NCBI GenBank assembly: GCA_963799775.1
Contig: CAWCYD010000003.1
Location: 384,001 to 448,000, forward strand
Origin: an uncultured archaeon
GTDB taxonomy: Archaea; Thermoproteota; Nitrososphaeria; Nitrososphaerales; Gagatemarchaeaceae
Direction of reading: 5' to 3'
DNA length: 64,000 nt
Under the pieces are notes generated by a model. The model searched no databases. It saw only the letters and a list, made by a program, of their open reading frames with translations, and was not told the DNA's origin. A program made the position numbers and the translations under genes. Of the stretch, positions 50,339 to 61,028 are shown one piece after another (position 1 is the first letter of the stretch; each line of letters opens with the position of its first letter).

Positions 50339-50749
50339 TTGACGAGCGCCGTGCTCGGGTGGGGCCTGGTCGACGGTTTCATCATCGTCGTCGCTCTGAC
50401 CGTCTTCGTCGACAAGGCAGGGGACTACCTCTATCACAGGGGCATCGCGAAGCCGTTCTACATCCGGGGCTACAGGCTGCACCACCAGAAGGTCGTCCTC
50501 GCCCTGGTCCCTTCCGTCTACGCCGTCTTGGCCGCGCTGGTCTACTTCCACTACTTTCGCGTGCTCTGGGCCTCGTTCTGGCCCAGCATCGATGTCACGG
50601 TCGTCCTCGCAGCGGTATGCCTGACTTTGGACTTTAGTCTGGACGCCATCACCAAGGCAGAGAGGAGGATGAACATCCTCCTACACCACGAATGGGTCTA
50701 TCTCGTGGTCCCTGCCTACATATTCACGCATCTCGTAGCCCTGGTCTAG
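50339..50749 (+). CDS. Hypothetical membrane protein
   Basis: TM segments; RLHH and LHHEW motifs. Confidence 0.6.
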   Translation: MTSAVLGWGLVDGFIIVVALTVFVDKAGDYLYHRGIAKPFYIRGYRLHHQKVVLALVPSVYAVLAALVYFHYFRVLWASFWPSIDVTVVLAAVCLTLDFSLDAITKAERRMNILLHHEWVYLVVPAYIFTHLVALV

Positions 50750-50787
50750 GGTCGCCAGAGGCTCCGGGCGGTTGCCAGCCTGGCCCT

Positions 50788-52326
50788 CTAATTCGTCCGG
50801 ACCTGTGGATTTTGAGGAACCGCGGCGCCCACTGGCTCGACCGCGCTCGGCGACGCCATCTCTCTCGGCTGAAGATGCCTCGTAAGGTTCATCGACTTCA
50901 GCGTGAAGGCCCCGAAACCGAGCAAAGAGAGGGTCAGGAACCAGACGCCGTGGAGAAATACCAAGGCCGCGAGCACGATCCCCGAGACGGCCAGGACTCC
51001 CTCGACGATCGCGCTCTTGTCGTTCGTCAAGGCCCGAAAGTACCTCGTCTTCGCCGCTTCCCCGGAGCCCGACTTGGGCGTCCTGTAGAGGAAGAACCCC
51101 ATCCTGTCGAACACGCCGTAGAAGAAGCCCATCGACCCCAACGTCAGCATGCTCCCGGAAGCGTAACCTAGAACAGGTATCAGCAGCACGTTGCGGGCGG
51201 TCATCAGGCCCTGCACACGGAGGGCCCACGCCCCGGATGCCATCGAGAGCGCCATGGGGACCGCCGTCGCTGCGACGTAGATCGGGCTGTTGAAGATCGA
51301 GTCCGCAGGCGGAACGAGTCGCAGGAGGACTGCCATCGCAGAGATGAACGTCACCAGGATCCAGCTGAGGCTGCTGAAGGGCGCCATCAGCATCAGGACG
51401 AGCCCGAGCTTCTTCCTTAAACTTACGTCGCTCGCGGTGAGGATGTTCCTTCCGTATTTCGCGATGCACCGCCACCATCCCTGGGACGTCCTCGCGACCT
51501 GCTTCTTCCAGGCCTCCAGAGTCGACGGGTCTTCCGCCATTATCTTCACGTTGCTTAGGTAGATCCCCCTCTTGCCGGCGAGATACATCTTGATCGAGAT
51601 GTCCGCGTCGTCCGCTATCCTCTCGTTCGACCACTGCCCGATGTCCCTCAGGTCTTTGGCCCGGACGAGCGCGAACCCTCCCTGGAGCGAGAACGGGGCG
51701 TCTATGTGATAGGCGCCCATCTTGGAAAGGGTGTCGCCGATGTCCTGGCTTAGGGCGAAAAGCTGGGTCACCAGATTGTAGTTCCTGTTGTAATGGCCAT
51801 ATCTGTACGAGACGAAGGACGCTCGAGGGTGCTTCTCCATGGCGTCGATGCCCTTCTCGATGATGTCTGGCGGGATGATCGAGTCGGCATCCAAGAGGAG
51901 CACGTAGTCGCCCACCACCTTCTCCATCGCCTTGTTCAGAGCACCGCACTTGAAACTCTCCCTGCTGGGCCTCCGCGAGACGATCGCCCTTATCCCGGAT
52001 GCGTTGAGGTCGCGGACCTTGTCGTCGATCAGCTCCACCGTGTTGTCGCTCGAGTCGTCGGCGACCACCACCTGCAGCCTGTCTTTGGGGTAGTTGAGGC
52101 CCTTCATCGCCTCGAGGGACCTCTCGATGACGTACCTCTCGTTGAAGGTCGCTATCAGAATGGAGACCATCGGGTGCTCCTCTAGCTCGACCTCGGCCGC
52201 GCCGAGCCCCATGGGGTACGTGAGGGAGTTCCCAAGGAGGAAGACCCAGTAGTACTCGAGGGCGAAGACAGGGACGCTGAGGACGAGCGTTATTACCTCA
52301 ATCAGGAACCAGATTTGTATCGCCAT
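50788..52326 (-). CDS. Membrane GT2 glycosyltransferase (cellulose synthase-like)
   Basis: ADDS, FKCGALN, LLDAD, ADDAD; degenerate QxxRW (QVART). Confidence 0.85.
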   Translation of the reverse strand: MAIQIWFLIEVITLVLSVPVFALEYYWVFLLGNSLTYPMGLGAAEVELEEHPMVSILIATFNERYVIERSLEAMKGLNYPKDRLQVVVADDSSDNTVELIDDKVRDLNASGIRAIVSRRPSRESFKCGALNKAMEKVVGDYVLLLDADSIIPPDIIEKGIDAMEKHPRASFVSYRYGHYNRNYNLVTQLFALSQDIGDTLSKMGAYHIDAPFSLQGGFALVRAKDLRDIGQWSNERIADDADISIKMYLAGKRGIYLSNVKIMAEDPSTLEAWKKQVARTSQGWWRCIAKYGRNILTASDVSLRKKLGLVLMLMAPFSSLSWILVTFISAMAVLLRLVPPADSIFNSPIYVAATAVPMALSMASGAWALRVQGLMTARNVLLIPVLGYASGSMLTLGSMGFFYGVFDRMGFFLYRTPKSGSGEAAKTRYFRALTNDKSAIVEGVLAVSGIVLAALVFLHGVWFLTLSLLGFGAFTLKSMNLTRHLQPREMASPSAVEPVGAAVPQNPQVRTN

Positions 52327-52494
52327 GCGCCGAGTCCCCGGAAAGGTCCAGCAAACTCACTTGACCGAGTATGTAAATCTTAGTATGTTTTTCGAACCCA
52401 CCTCCCCGACTATCATGCCGCAGAATTGAGGGCCAGGAAGTCGCCTCCGGATAAATAGCCGACTGCTTGAGCGTGCTCGAAAGACGAAGAAACC

Positions 52495-53670
52495 GTGCAG
52501 AAAACCTACTTTGCAGTCTTCGGTTCGGGGCTGGGCCACGCCACCCGCGTCTGCGACATCGCCGGAGTGCTCGAGGCAAAAGGCGGGACCATCCGCCTCT
52601 CCTCCTCCGGACAGGGTCTTCGATACATCCAAGCTCAGAGACCGAAGCTCGACGCGGTCGCGAGTCCCGAACTCGACGTCGAGTGGACCCAGGAAGGAAG
52701 CTTCTCCTCGCGGGACTTTTTGGTCCACTTTCCATTCATGCTACGCTCCTTCGTGAATCAGCTCGCCTTCGAGACCGAGAGCATCAAATCGTTCAATCCG
52801 GCGCTCGTCGTCTCCGACTCTAGGCTCTCCGCGGTCCTCGCGGCAAGACCTCTCTCCTATCCGGTCATCACCATGCTGAACCAGTTCAAGGTGACCTTGC
52901 CTCCTCGGTATGGGGGAGGCGCCGTCGGGCACCTCTTCGAGAGGATAGCAGGCGACGTCCTCGGGCTCTTGTGGTCCCTAAGCGAGCAAGTTCTCATGAC
53001 GGACCTGCCCCCTCCTTACACGATAGGAGAGGCGAACATAGCCGGCACCGATCTTTCCAGGATAGTGAAGTACGTCGGCTTCACCTCGCCCCCGGTCGAG
53101 GTGAGCGAGGAGAGGCTGCGCAAGGCCAAGACGTCGCTGGGGTTGGACGCGAGGCCCCTCGTCTTTGTCCAGATAAGCGGTCCAGATGCGACAAAGAAGC
53201 GCTTCATTGACGTGGTTCTCCAATCGGCGTCCGATCTCTCCAAGAGATACAACGTGGTCATCTCGATGGGGTACCTCTCCGGCAACGGCGAACCGCGGAG
53301 GCTTGCAGACGGGGCCATACTATACGACTGGTGTCCCATCAAGGACGAGCTCTTCGCCCTCTCAGAGGCGGTCGTCGCGCGCTCTGGCCACGGGACGATC
53401 GGCCAGTGCATCGACAGGCGAAAGCCCGCGGTGCTCGTCCCTATCCACAATCACTCGGAGCAGATCGGGAACGCTGAGAAATTCGAGAAGCTCGGCCTCG
53501 GGATCAGCCTCTCTCCCGGGGACCTGCGACCGGAGAGACTCACTGAAGCGGTCGATTCGTGCATCGACGAACCCCGGTTCAGAAAGAACCTCGACGCCGT
53601 TGGCGAGATCTCAGAGCGATACCGAGGGATCGAGGCCTGCGCGGATATCATCGGCTCCTACAGGAAATAG
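52495..53670 (+). CDS. GT-B glycosyltransferase (GT28/MurG-like)
   Basis: GSGLGHATR, ARSGHGTI, HSEQIGNA. Confidence 0.85.
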   Translation: MQKTYFAVFGSGLGHATRVCDIAGVLEAKGGTIRLSSSGQGLRYIQAQRPKLDAVASPELDVEWTQEGSFSSRDFLVHFPFMLRSFVNQLAFETESIKSFNPALVVSDSRLSAVLAARPLSYPVITMLNQFKVTLPPRYGGGAVGHLFERIAGDVLGLLWSLSEQVLMTDLPPPYTIGEANIAGTDLSRIVKYVGFTSPPVEVSEERLRKAKTSLGLDARPLVFVQISGPDATKKRFIDVVLQSASDLSKRYNVVISMGYLSGNGEPRRLADGAILYDWCPIKDELFALSEAVVARSGHGTIGQCIDRRKPAVLVPIHNHSEQIGNAEKFEKLGLGISLSPGDLRPERLTEAVDSCIDEPRFRKNLDAVGEISERYRGIEACADIIGSYRK

Positions 53671-53689
53671 CCTCCCGGCCCCGCTGGAG

Positions 53690-54394
53690 TCACGGTTGCT
53701 TCGAGATGAAAAGCTGAAACTCCTTGAGGGACTCGGCGGTCCCGATCTCGTAGAACCTCTCCTTCACTGAGAACGCGAGCAGCTCGTCCCTTTTGATCAG
53801 CTCTCCATAGAACTGCTCTTCATCGCATGGCTTGCCGGCGGGGATAAGCCCTAGGGCCTTCTTCCTGAGCGCAGACACGCCGAAGTTGATCCAGTCCAGA
53901 CCCTTCCCGCTTGCGCGCTTGTCGTATCTCACGACGCGAGCGTCCTTCACAACGAGGTCGCTCCTCCCGTGCTTGTTGTGGTTCTTGTAGACCGCCATCA
54001 CCGCGAGTCTACCAGAGTCTATGAGCCTGCGCATCAGGGCACCGTAGTCTGCCCTGAGGTAGGCGTCTCCATAGGTCACGAAGAAAGTCTCCTGCAGAAG
54101 CGGCTCCGCGCGCTTCAACGCTCCTGCCGCTCCTAACAGTCTGGGCCCATCGTAGCTGTACTCGATCTTGACGCCCCACCGGGAGCCGTCCCTGAAATGA
54201 GCCTCGACCATCTCTCCCAGGTGGCCGACGCACAAGACCAACTGGTCTACCCCACTCGCCTTCAACAGCCCGATCTCGAGCTCAAGGAACGGCCTGCCAT
54301 TCACCTCCACCATGCCCTTCGGGACGGCCTCCGTCATGGGCCTCAGCCTCGTGCCGAGCCCTCCGGCAAGGACAGCCGCCTGCATGCCTCTCAT
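53690..54394 (-). CDS. Sugar-phosphate nucleotidyltransferase (HddC-like)
   Basis: LAGGLGTRLRP, YGDAY, EIGT. Confidence 0.85.
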   Translation of the reverse strand: MRGMQAAVLAGGLGTRLRPMTEAVPKGMVEVNGRPFLELEIGLLKASGVDQLVLCVGHLGEMVEAHFRDGSRWGVKIEYSYDGPRLLGAAGALKRAEPLLQETFFVTYGDAYLRADYGALMRRLIDSGRLAVMAVYKNHNKHGRSDLVVKDARVVRYDKRASGKGLDWINFGVSALRKKALGLIPAGKPCDEEQFYGELIKRDELLAFSVKERFYEIGTAESLKEFQLFISKQP

Positions 54395-54421
54395 GCCGCC
54401 TTGCTCTTGGGTGTCTCGAGA

Positions 54422-55404
54422 CTAGACGTTGTAGATGACCTTGCTCCCCTCAAAGTCGAACCTGAACCTCATCTCCGTCAGCCCGTGTTTGGAGAGGGCC
54501 GACCTCACTTTCTCCCTGCCTTCCTCGCAGAATACCATGAGGAATCCCCCTCCTCCGGCCCCAACCAGCTTGCCTCCCAGGGCGCCGTTCTTCCTCGCCG
54601 CAGAGTACCAGGAGTCCACCTTGTCCGTCGTCATCCCAGTAGTTATCCCTCGCTTCACCACCCAGTGCTCGTGCAGGAGCTCCCCAAACATCCGGAGATC
54701 CCCTGACTCGAGCGCTCTCATGCTCTTGAGGCCGATCTTCTTTATCGCGTGCATCCTCTCGACCGCGGAGTCGTCCCCCTTCGAGACCTTCGCTTGCTGC
54801 TTCCCGAGAATCTCCCCTGCCCTCCTCGTGATCCCTGTGTAAAACATCATTATCCCATATTCGAGGTCCGACAAAGTGTTCTCAGGAATCCTCAGCTCTC
54901 TCGCCTTCACCTTGCCCCGCGTGTCGATCTCGTAAGCGCGGATCCCGCCGAGGCTAGCCGTGTACTCGTCTTGCTTGCCCGAAGGCTCGCGCAGCCGGTT
55001 CATCGCGATGTCGCACGCGATCTCTGCGACCTCCTCCGGTGTCTTGACTATCCTTTGATGGGCGTAGAGCGCGTTGAGGAGCCCGACGGTGAAGCTCCCC
55101 GAGGAGCCCAACCCGGTCGCTGCTGGCACGTCCGCCAGTGAGACTATCTCGAGCTTGTCTCTGAGGTCGAGGAGTTTGAGCGCCTCCCTCACCAATGGAT
55201 GGCGTATCAGGTCTATCGAGTCGACGATCTCCGTCTGGCTGTAGCTGAGCCTGATCCCTGGTTCGAACCTGTTGTTCAGGACGATGTGCATGTACTTATC
55301 GACTGCGCCAGAGACGAAGAAGCCGCCATGCTTCGAGTAGTAGGCGGGAAGGTCAGTCCCACCGCCTCCGAGCGAGAGTCTAAAGGGGTCCTCGAGACGA
55401 TCAA
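54422..55404 (-). CDS. hddA: D-glycero-D-manno-heptose-7-phosphate kinase (HddA-like GHMP kinase), frameshift ~55383
   Basis: MIVSRTP.RLSLGGGGTD, TGLGSSGS, GKQDEY, GKLVGAGGGGF. Confidence 0.8.
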
Positions 55405-55478
55405 GAAAAGCTGTGAGCTCTCCGACCCGAGCGTCTTTTTGGTCTATTTAACTAGTCTCGGGGAGTTGGTGACGAACC

Positions 55479-56090
55479 TCAGACGGATGGGCGCTTGACG
55501 AGCCTTCCGACGCTTGCCGCAATCGGTTCCCAATCGACCTTGTAGGTCACTATGCCTATGACGACGAAAGCAGCCGAGGCCACGATCGAGAGCTGGAGCC
55601 GAGAGAGCCCGAGCAGATTATGGGTGAGCTTCGATATCTCCAAGAGACCGCTCAGCTCTAAGAGTATCTCGAAAGCACTCTTCCCGAGCTTGGCGAGGAA
55701 AGTGACCCCCAGCATCGGCGCAAGGCGTCCACGGTTTGCCCCCGCACCGATGTAGACGTAGTCGTCGAAAGGCAGGGCCGGGAGCAGGGCAGTGATGAAC
55801 AGTCCCAGATAGAAACCGCTCTTCCCGATCCAAGTCCCGAGGAGCCTCACGTTCCTGTTCTTCACGAGCGTGCCTCGGAATCCTAGGGCTGTCGCGTAGA
55901 TCACTATCTTCCCGAGCGTGGCCCCCAGGGCGGTGACGAACACCACGATCGCGAAGTTCTCGATGGTCACGCCTGACGCTGAGAGCTCAGCCGTCCCAAT
56001 CAGCGTGTATGAGGCGCCGAAGAACGCCGTCGCGTTCGAGACGAACGAGAGCACGAAGAGCAGGAGCAACCTCAAGATTATTGATATCAA
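55479..56090 (-). CDS. DedA/VTT-like membrane protein
   Basis: ALGATLGKIVIY, PALPFDDYVYI. Confidence 0.65.
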   Translation of the reverse strand: MISIILRLLLLFVLSFVSNATAFFGASYTLIGTAELSASGVTIENFAIVVFVTALGATLGKIVIYATALGFRGTLVKNRNVRLLGTWIGKSGFYLGLFITALLPALPFDDYVYIGAGANRGRLAPMLGVTFLAKLGKSAFEILLELSGLLEISKLTHNLLGLSRLQLSIVASAAFVVIGIVTYKVDWEPIAASVGRLVKRPSV

Positions 56091-56226
56091 TCGAGATCTC
56101 TCTCGCTCTCAGGCCACCGGTCTGGCTGCCCCTTATAGAGTGGTGGGCTCTGCTGCCAACCTCGAGTGGGCAACAGGCTAAAATACGAACAATCTCGTCG
56201 ACCACATAGCGAACCCAGGCGGTCGA

Positions 56227-57738
56227 GTGCTTCTCTTGCAAGGTAAAGTCGTAGTCATAGGTCTCGATGCGGCAGACGCCAACCTCACGAGGCGCCTCAT
56301 GGGCGAAGGAAGGATGCCACGCCTTGCTTCAGTGAGGGATGAGGGACATCTCTCCAGCCTGAAATCCACCATCCCTCCGCAGACGGCACCTGCGTGGACC
56401 TCGATGACGACAGGGGTCAACCCGGGCAAGCACGGGATCTACTACTTCTACAACTTCTCGACCACTCCCATATCGATAGTCAACGCGTCGCACACGTCTA
56501 CCCCAAGAATCTGGGACTACGTCGGGGCGCTGGGGCAGAGGTCGGTGGTGGTGAACGTGCCGGTCACCTATCCCGCGCAGGAGATGGTAGGGTCGATGAT
56601 ATCCGGGATACCTCCGTGGTACTTTGACTCGAGGTCGGTCTATCCCTCGAAGCTTTTCGAGGACTTGAGGGCGCGTGACTACACGATAGAGACACCGATG
56701 AGCAGAGGTCTGGAGAGCAGACCCGACGAGCTGGTGGACCGGCTCGTCGCGACAGAGGAGAAGAGGGTCGATCTCTTCATCGATCTCCTCAAAAGAGACG
56801 AATGGTCTTTCGCGATGGTGGTCATCACGGCTCTCGACAGGGTCCAGCACAAGATAGTCGGGAAGGGAGAGGCAGCCGATTCTGCGCTCGCCCGCTGCTA
56901 TGGAGAGATCGACAGGCTAGCGGGGAATGTGATCGACTCCATCGGGAAGGACGTCAACTACCTCATAACCTCCGATCACGGGTTCAACGAGAGACCTCTC
57001 GCCTTCTACCCCAACTCCTGGCTGTACTCCCAAGGATTGTTGAGGCGCAAATCGTCGCTACGCTACCGCCTCACAAGGTTCGCGCACGATATCTTCGATG
57101 GCCACCTGCTCTGGCTGCCTCAGAGCATCACGAAACGCTTCCAGGGCGCGGCGACCTCTATCAACAGCATAGATGCGGTGGACCTTGGCTCCTCGAGGGC
57201 GTTCGTCCCCGGGACCGACGGGGTATTGATAACCAGATCAGAGCAAGACAGGAAGAGGATACTCTCCGGCCTCTCGGAGCTGAAGGACGAATCTGGAGTA
57301 CGGATATGCCAGGCATATCCAAGGGAAGAGGTCTACAGTGGAGACAAACTCTCTTCGGCGCCAGACGTCCTGATCGTGCCGAGGGACGACGTCAACATCT
57401 GCACCGACCCCTTCAGCCCGACCGTACTCTCGAGGTCTGGAGGCTCCAGCAAAGGCAACCATTCTTCGGAGGGAATCCTGATCGCCGCAGGTCCGGGAAT
57501 CAAAAAGTCCGGTGAGTTCGAGGCGTCGGTGGAGGACGTCGCCCCGACCTGCCTCGTCCTGTTGGGGATCCGTCCATCTTCGAACATGGATGGGCGACCC
57601 CTCCAAGAGATGCTGGTTGAGCCCGAGACCAAGTCCCTGACTTCGGCAGAGGTCGTGGGCGAGTCCCGAGCGTACGCCTTCTCTGAGAAAGAAGAAAAGC
57701 AAGTGATGGAGAACCTGAGGCGACTTGGCTACGCCTGA
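56227..57738 (+). CDS. Alkaline-phosphatase superfamily (type I phosphodiesterase/nucleotide pyrophosphatase)
   Basis: VIGLDAA, TAPAWTSMTTGVNPGKHG, TSDHGF, LRRLGY. Confidence 0.88.
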   Translation: MLLLQGKVVVIGLDAADANLTRRLMGEGRMPRLASVRDEGHLSSLKSTIPPQTAPAWTSMTTGVNPGKHGIYYFYNFSTTPISIVNASHTSTPRIWDYVGALGQRSVVVNVPVTYPAQEMVGSMISGIPPWYFDSRSVYPSKLFEDLRARDYTIETPMSRGLESRPDELVDRLVATEEKRVDLFIDLLKRDEWSFAMVVITALDRVQHKIVGKGEAADSALARCYGEIDRLAGNVIDSIGKDVNYLITSDHGFNERPLAFYPNSWLYSQGLLRRKSSLRYRLTRFAHDIFDGHLLWLPQSITKRFQGAATSINSIDAVDLGSSRAFVPGTDGVLITRSEQDRKRILSGLSELKDESGVRICQAYPREEVYSGDKLSSAPDVLIVPRDDVNICTDPFSPTVLSRSGGSSKGNHSSEGILIAAGPGIKKSGEFEASVEDVAPTCLVLLGIRPSSNMDGRPLQEMLVEPETKSLTSAEVVGESRAYAFSEKEEKQVMENLRRLGYA

Positions 57739-59293
57739 CCGGGCTCCCACGGAGCTTCTTTCCCAGCCGGCGCAGGAGAGCCCGGTCGCCTCCGAGCGGG
57801 AGAGACACATAGCGACGGGTATCCGCTCCCTGACAATCCAGAACGGCGTCACAAGCGTCCTCGGCTTTGTCTTCTTGGCGCTGCTTCTCCGCCTTCTCTC
57901 GCCAACGGAGTACGGGCTCTATTCGGCTGCTCTCCTCGTGACGACGATCGGCTCCTCGATCGCCTCGTTCGGCCTACCCTTCGCAGCGACCAGGTTCGTC
58001 GCGTACCTCTCGCGAGATGCTCGCCAGCTGAGCGTCGCGTCGAGGTCGATAGTCGTCCTCTCGATCGCTTTCTCGACCATCGCAACGATGGTCTTCGTCG
58101 CCCTCTCGCCCTCTATCTCGATGTACTTCACAAAGGACACGGACTCCGCGTGGATCTTCGCTGCCTCGGGCGCGTGGCTCTTCTCTAACACCATCTCGAG
58201 CATATTCCAGGGGCTTGTCCAAGGGATGAGGAGGTACGAGTCTCTCGCAAAGATCCTAATCGTCTCCAACATCGCGATCGTCGCCGTCACCGTGCTCGGG
58301 CTGCTGGAGTTCGACAGTGTAATCGTCCCCATAGTCGCCTGGGTCGTCTATGGTGCCGCCATCACGGCCTGCTCGCTTGCGGTGACCCGAAGGCCGCTCC
58401 TCGCAGCCCGTCCCACCGAGGGCGCGGGCAAGGTGGTGAACCAGGTGCTCAGGTATTCGCTGCCCCTCGGCATCGCGGGGATAGTGACCGTCGCGACGGG
58501 TGCCGCCGACCCGATAGTGGTCGGAGGATTCCTCCCGGCAGCTCAGCTCGGAGCGTACTACGCTGCGATCGCAATCTCGGGTGGGCTTGGAGTGGTCTTG
58601 TTCACCCCTCTCAACACAGCCTTCTTCCCGGAGAGCTCCCGTTACGCAGACGACCCGACGAGGCTCTCCAAAGGCGTGAGGCTGGCGTTCAGGTACACAT
58701 CCCTGGCGCTGATCCCCGTCTCATTCGCCCTCGTGGGGCTCTCTACACAGATGATCAAGCTCTTCGCCGGGGAGAACCCGAGCTACCTAGTCGCGAACCC
58801 TTCGCTACAGGTGATGTCGGGCCTTTTCCTCTTCGTGGCCATGCAGGGCATCCTCACATCCCTCCTCCTCTCGCTGGGGAAGACAACCCAGGTGATGGTG
58901 ATAGGCATAGTGACGGTCTCCTTGGACCTCGCGCTCTCTCTTCTCTTGGTACCCAATTTCGGCCTTCTGGGCGCGGCGACGAGCAGGAGCCTGGTGGACA
59001 TCGCGGGCTTCTTGATGGCGCTAGGGTTGACGAAGAACTACCTCGCGGGAGTGGTCGACCTTGCGTTCCACGTGAAGATCTTCACCGCTTCGGGGATCAT
59101 GCTCGCCGTGCTCCAATCGCTCTCCAAGTTCGTCTCCCACCGTCCCTTGACGCTCCTGCCGTATGCCCTGATAGGGGTAGCAGTGCTCCTCGTCTCAGCC
59201 AAAGCTTTGCACATCTTGACGGAACAGGACAAGCGTTACCTCGAACACTTCATGCCTCCAGGCATGGGCAAGCTGATGCGCTGGCTTCTATGA
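57725..59293 (+). CDS. Oligosaccharide flippase (Wzx/MOP family)
   Basis: Many TM segments; RLLSPTEYGLY, LLVPNFGLLGAA. Confidence 0.85.
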   Translation: MATPDRAPTELLSQPAQESPVASERERHIATGIRSLTIQNGVTSVLGFVFLALLLRLLSPTEYGLYSAALLVTTIGSSIASFGLPFAATRFVAYLSRDARQLSVASRSIVVLSIAFSTIATMVFVALSPSISMYFTKDTDSAWIFAASGAWLFSNTISSIFQGLVQGMRRYESLAKILIVSNIAIVAVTVLGLLEFDSVIVPIVAWVVYGAAITACSLAVTRRPLLAARPTEGAGKVVNQVLRYSLPLGIAGIVTVATGAADPIVVGGFLPAAQLGAYYAAIAISGGLGVVLFTPLNTAFFPESSRYADDPTRLSKGVRLAFRYTSLALIPVSFALVGLSTQMIKLFAGENPSYLVANPSLQVMSGLFLFVAMQGILTSLLLSLGKTTQVMVIGIVTVSLDLALSLLLVPNFGLLGAATSRSLVDIAGFLMALGLTKNYLAGVVDLAFHVKIFTASGIMLAVLQSLSKFVSHRPLTLLPYALIGVAVLLVSAKALHILTEQDKRYLEHFMPPGMGKLMRWLL

Positions 59294-59365
59294 TGGCGAG
59301 ACCGAACGCGGCCTGCAAACGCGACAGACAAACTTAAAGCGAATACAGAGCGAAAGTTCGACGAC

Positions 59366-59986
59366 TTGGCGCGAACGGACGAATATCTCAACGAGGTCTC
59401 CCAGATCGCCGACGACCTCGACCGCGAGGAGATCGACAAGGCGATAGGAATCCTCTACGAGGCGTGGAAGAGCGGTAGTCAGGTGTTCACCATGGGGAAT
59501 GGAGGGTCGGCCTCGACGTCGACGCATCTTGCCTGCGACCTAAACAAATGGGTCTCCGACGAGGCAGAAACAAAGTTCCGCGCGTTCGCATTGGTGGACA
59601 ACATCCCCCTTGTCAGCGCCCTGACGAACGACAACGGATGGGGCGACATCTACTACGAGCAGCTAAGGAACTTCTTCAGAAAGGGGGACGTCGTGGTCGC
59701 GATCAGCGTGCACGGAGGGTCCGGGAGCGACAAAGCGGGGCCCTGGTCACAGAACTTGCTGAAAGCGGTGAAGTATGCGAAGGACAACGGGGGGAGGGTC
59801 GTCGGACTGGCCGGCTTTGACGGAGGCATGCTCAAGAAGGTCTCGGACGCGTGCATCGTCGTCCCTGCCGAGTCGACGCCTCACGTGGAGGGGATGCATC
59901 TGGTCCTCACGCACCTGATGTGCGAGCAGCTACGCGGCATGATCTCGGCGAAGAACCAAAGGAAGAAGCGAGCCTCCAAATACTGA
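59366..59986 (+). CDS. gmhA: Phosphoheptose isomerase
   Basis: GNGGSAST, ALTND, VEGMH. Confidence 0.85.
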   Translation: MARTDEYLNEVSQIADDLDREEIDKAIGILYEAWKSGSQVFTMGNGGSASTSTHLACDLNKWVSDEAETKFRAFALVDNIPLVSALTNDNGWGDIYYEQLRNFFRKGDVVVAISVHGGSGSDKAGPWSQNLLKAVKYAKDNGGRVVGLAGFDGGMLKKVSDACIVVPAESTPHVEGMHLVLTHLMCEQLRGMISAKNQRKKRASKY

Positions 59987-60006
59987 CGGCGGCCTCGTAG
60001 AGGATC

Positions 60007-60684
60007 TCACGAAGATTTCGTTCTTCGCCTCGTTTTCGCCTCGCTCGCCTCGACCTGTCTCCGCAGAAGCTCGGGGCCATGCCTCAGCGAAGGCGCGATG
60101 AAATCGGGCTGGGCATCTTCGACGTCGATCATCCTTGTGAGAAACGTCGTCACGTGCCCGAGCAGTATCGTCTTGCAGCCTGCAGCTCTGCCTGCCTTGA
60201 CGTCGACGAGCGCATCTCCGACATAATATGATCGGCTCAATTCGATCGAATTCTCCCGAGCGGCACGAAGGATTAGCCCCGGCTTCGGCTTCCTGCAGTC
60301 GCAGTCCAACTTGTACTTCGCCACAAGCGCGTCAGGGTGGTGCAGGCAGTAGTATTCAGCGTCGAGGGCGCACCCTTGTTTCGCCAGGTCGTCCCGGATC
60401 AGCGAGTTCATCCTCTCGTACTCGGCGAAGCTCAGCTGGAGTTTCGCTACCCCGGGCTGATTAGAGACTAAAATGGCCTTGAATCCCAGCTTCTGGATGT
60501 TTCTTATCGCTTCGCCACAGTAAGGGAACACTCTGAGCTGTTTTGCCGAAAGGGGACTCGCTATGCGCTCTTCTTGCGAATCGTACTCCAGGTCGTTCAG
60601 AACCCCGTCCCTATCGAGGAACACCGCTCTATTCTGGCTCATCTTGTTCTTGCCGCATACCCCGGTCCTAGCAGTCTGGGCCAC
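60007..60684 (-). CDS. gmhB: Heptose bisphosphate phosphatase (HAD IIIA)
   Basis: AVFLDRDGVLN, SNQPG, CDCRKPKPG, VGD. Confidence 0.88.
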   Translation of the reverse strand: MAQTARTGVCGKNKMSQNRAVFLDRDGVLNDLEYDSQEERIASPLSAKQLRVFPYCGEAIRNIQKLGFKAILVSNQPGVAKLQLSFAEYERMNSLIRDDLAKQGCALDAEYYCLHHPDALVAKYKLDCDCRKPKPGLILRAARENSIELSRSYYVGDALVDVKAGRAAGCKTILLGHVTTFLTRMIDVEDAQPDFIAPSLRHGPELLRRQVEASEAKTRRRTKSS

Positions 60685-60704
60685 TTTCGGCGGAGCGAGT
60701 TTAT

Positions 60705-60963
60705 CACATGCGAGCGATGAAAAGCCACGTGCTTCAGCCGTGGGATGAAAGCGAGCCGTGGGCGCTTAAGTATTGCGACCACAATATGATCAATGTGCGA
60801 TCCGCACATGTAGGGCAGGACATGCCCGAACTAAAGCCTGTGGAGACTAGGGCCTCTGCCCGTCGCGACAACGCGAGGGGCAAGCCAGGTCGAGGAAGCA
60901 GGAACTATACGCGCTGCAACAGGCGCTGAAAGCCCACGGATTCCATTCGTGGGAGGATGTCAC
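60705..60963 (+). mobile_element. Internally deleted IS200/IS605-family element (MITE-like) retaining both ends and the tnpB 3'/omega-RNA region
   Basis: Follows TTTAT; left hairpin CCACG..CGTGG (60725-43); right hairpin CCCACGGA..TTCGTGGG (60933-53) ending AGGATGTCAC; interior translates as a TnpB-like tail VGQDMPELKPVE. Confidence 0.75.
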
Positions 60964-61028
60964 GCCTTTCGCCCTCCTCAGCAAGTCTTATACCTTGCCC
61001 TGCGAAGCCTCGCCAAGGCGAACGAGCT

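Noticed and set aside
1339-55404. Many frameshifts (smc, gatD, glyS, elp3, nop5, flpA, herA, hddA and others) as pseudogenes, programmed frameshifts or further introns
   Set aside because: Those examined are 1-2 nt indels, often at homopolymers, in essential genes, with no inserted hairpin or BHB structure; most consistent with sequencing error, unlike the 19- and 29-nt structured inserts
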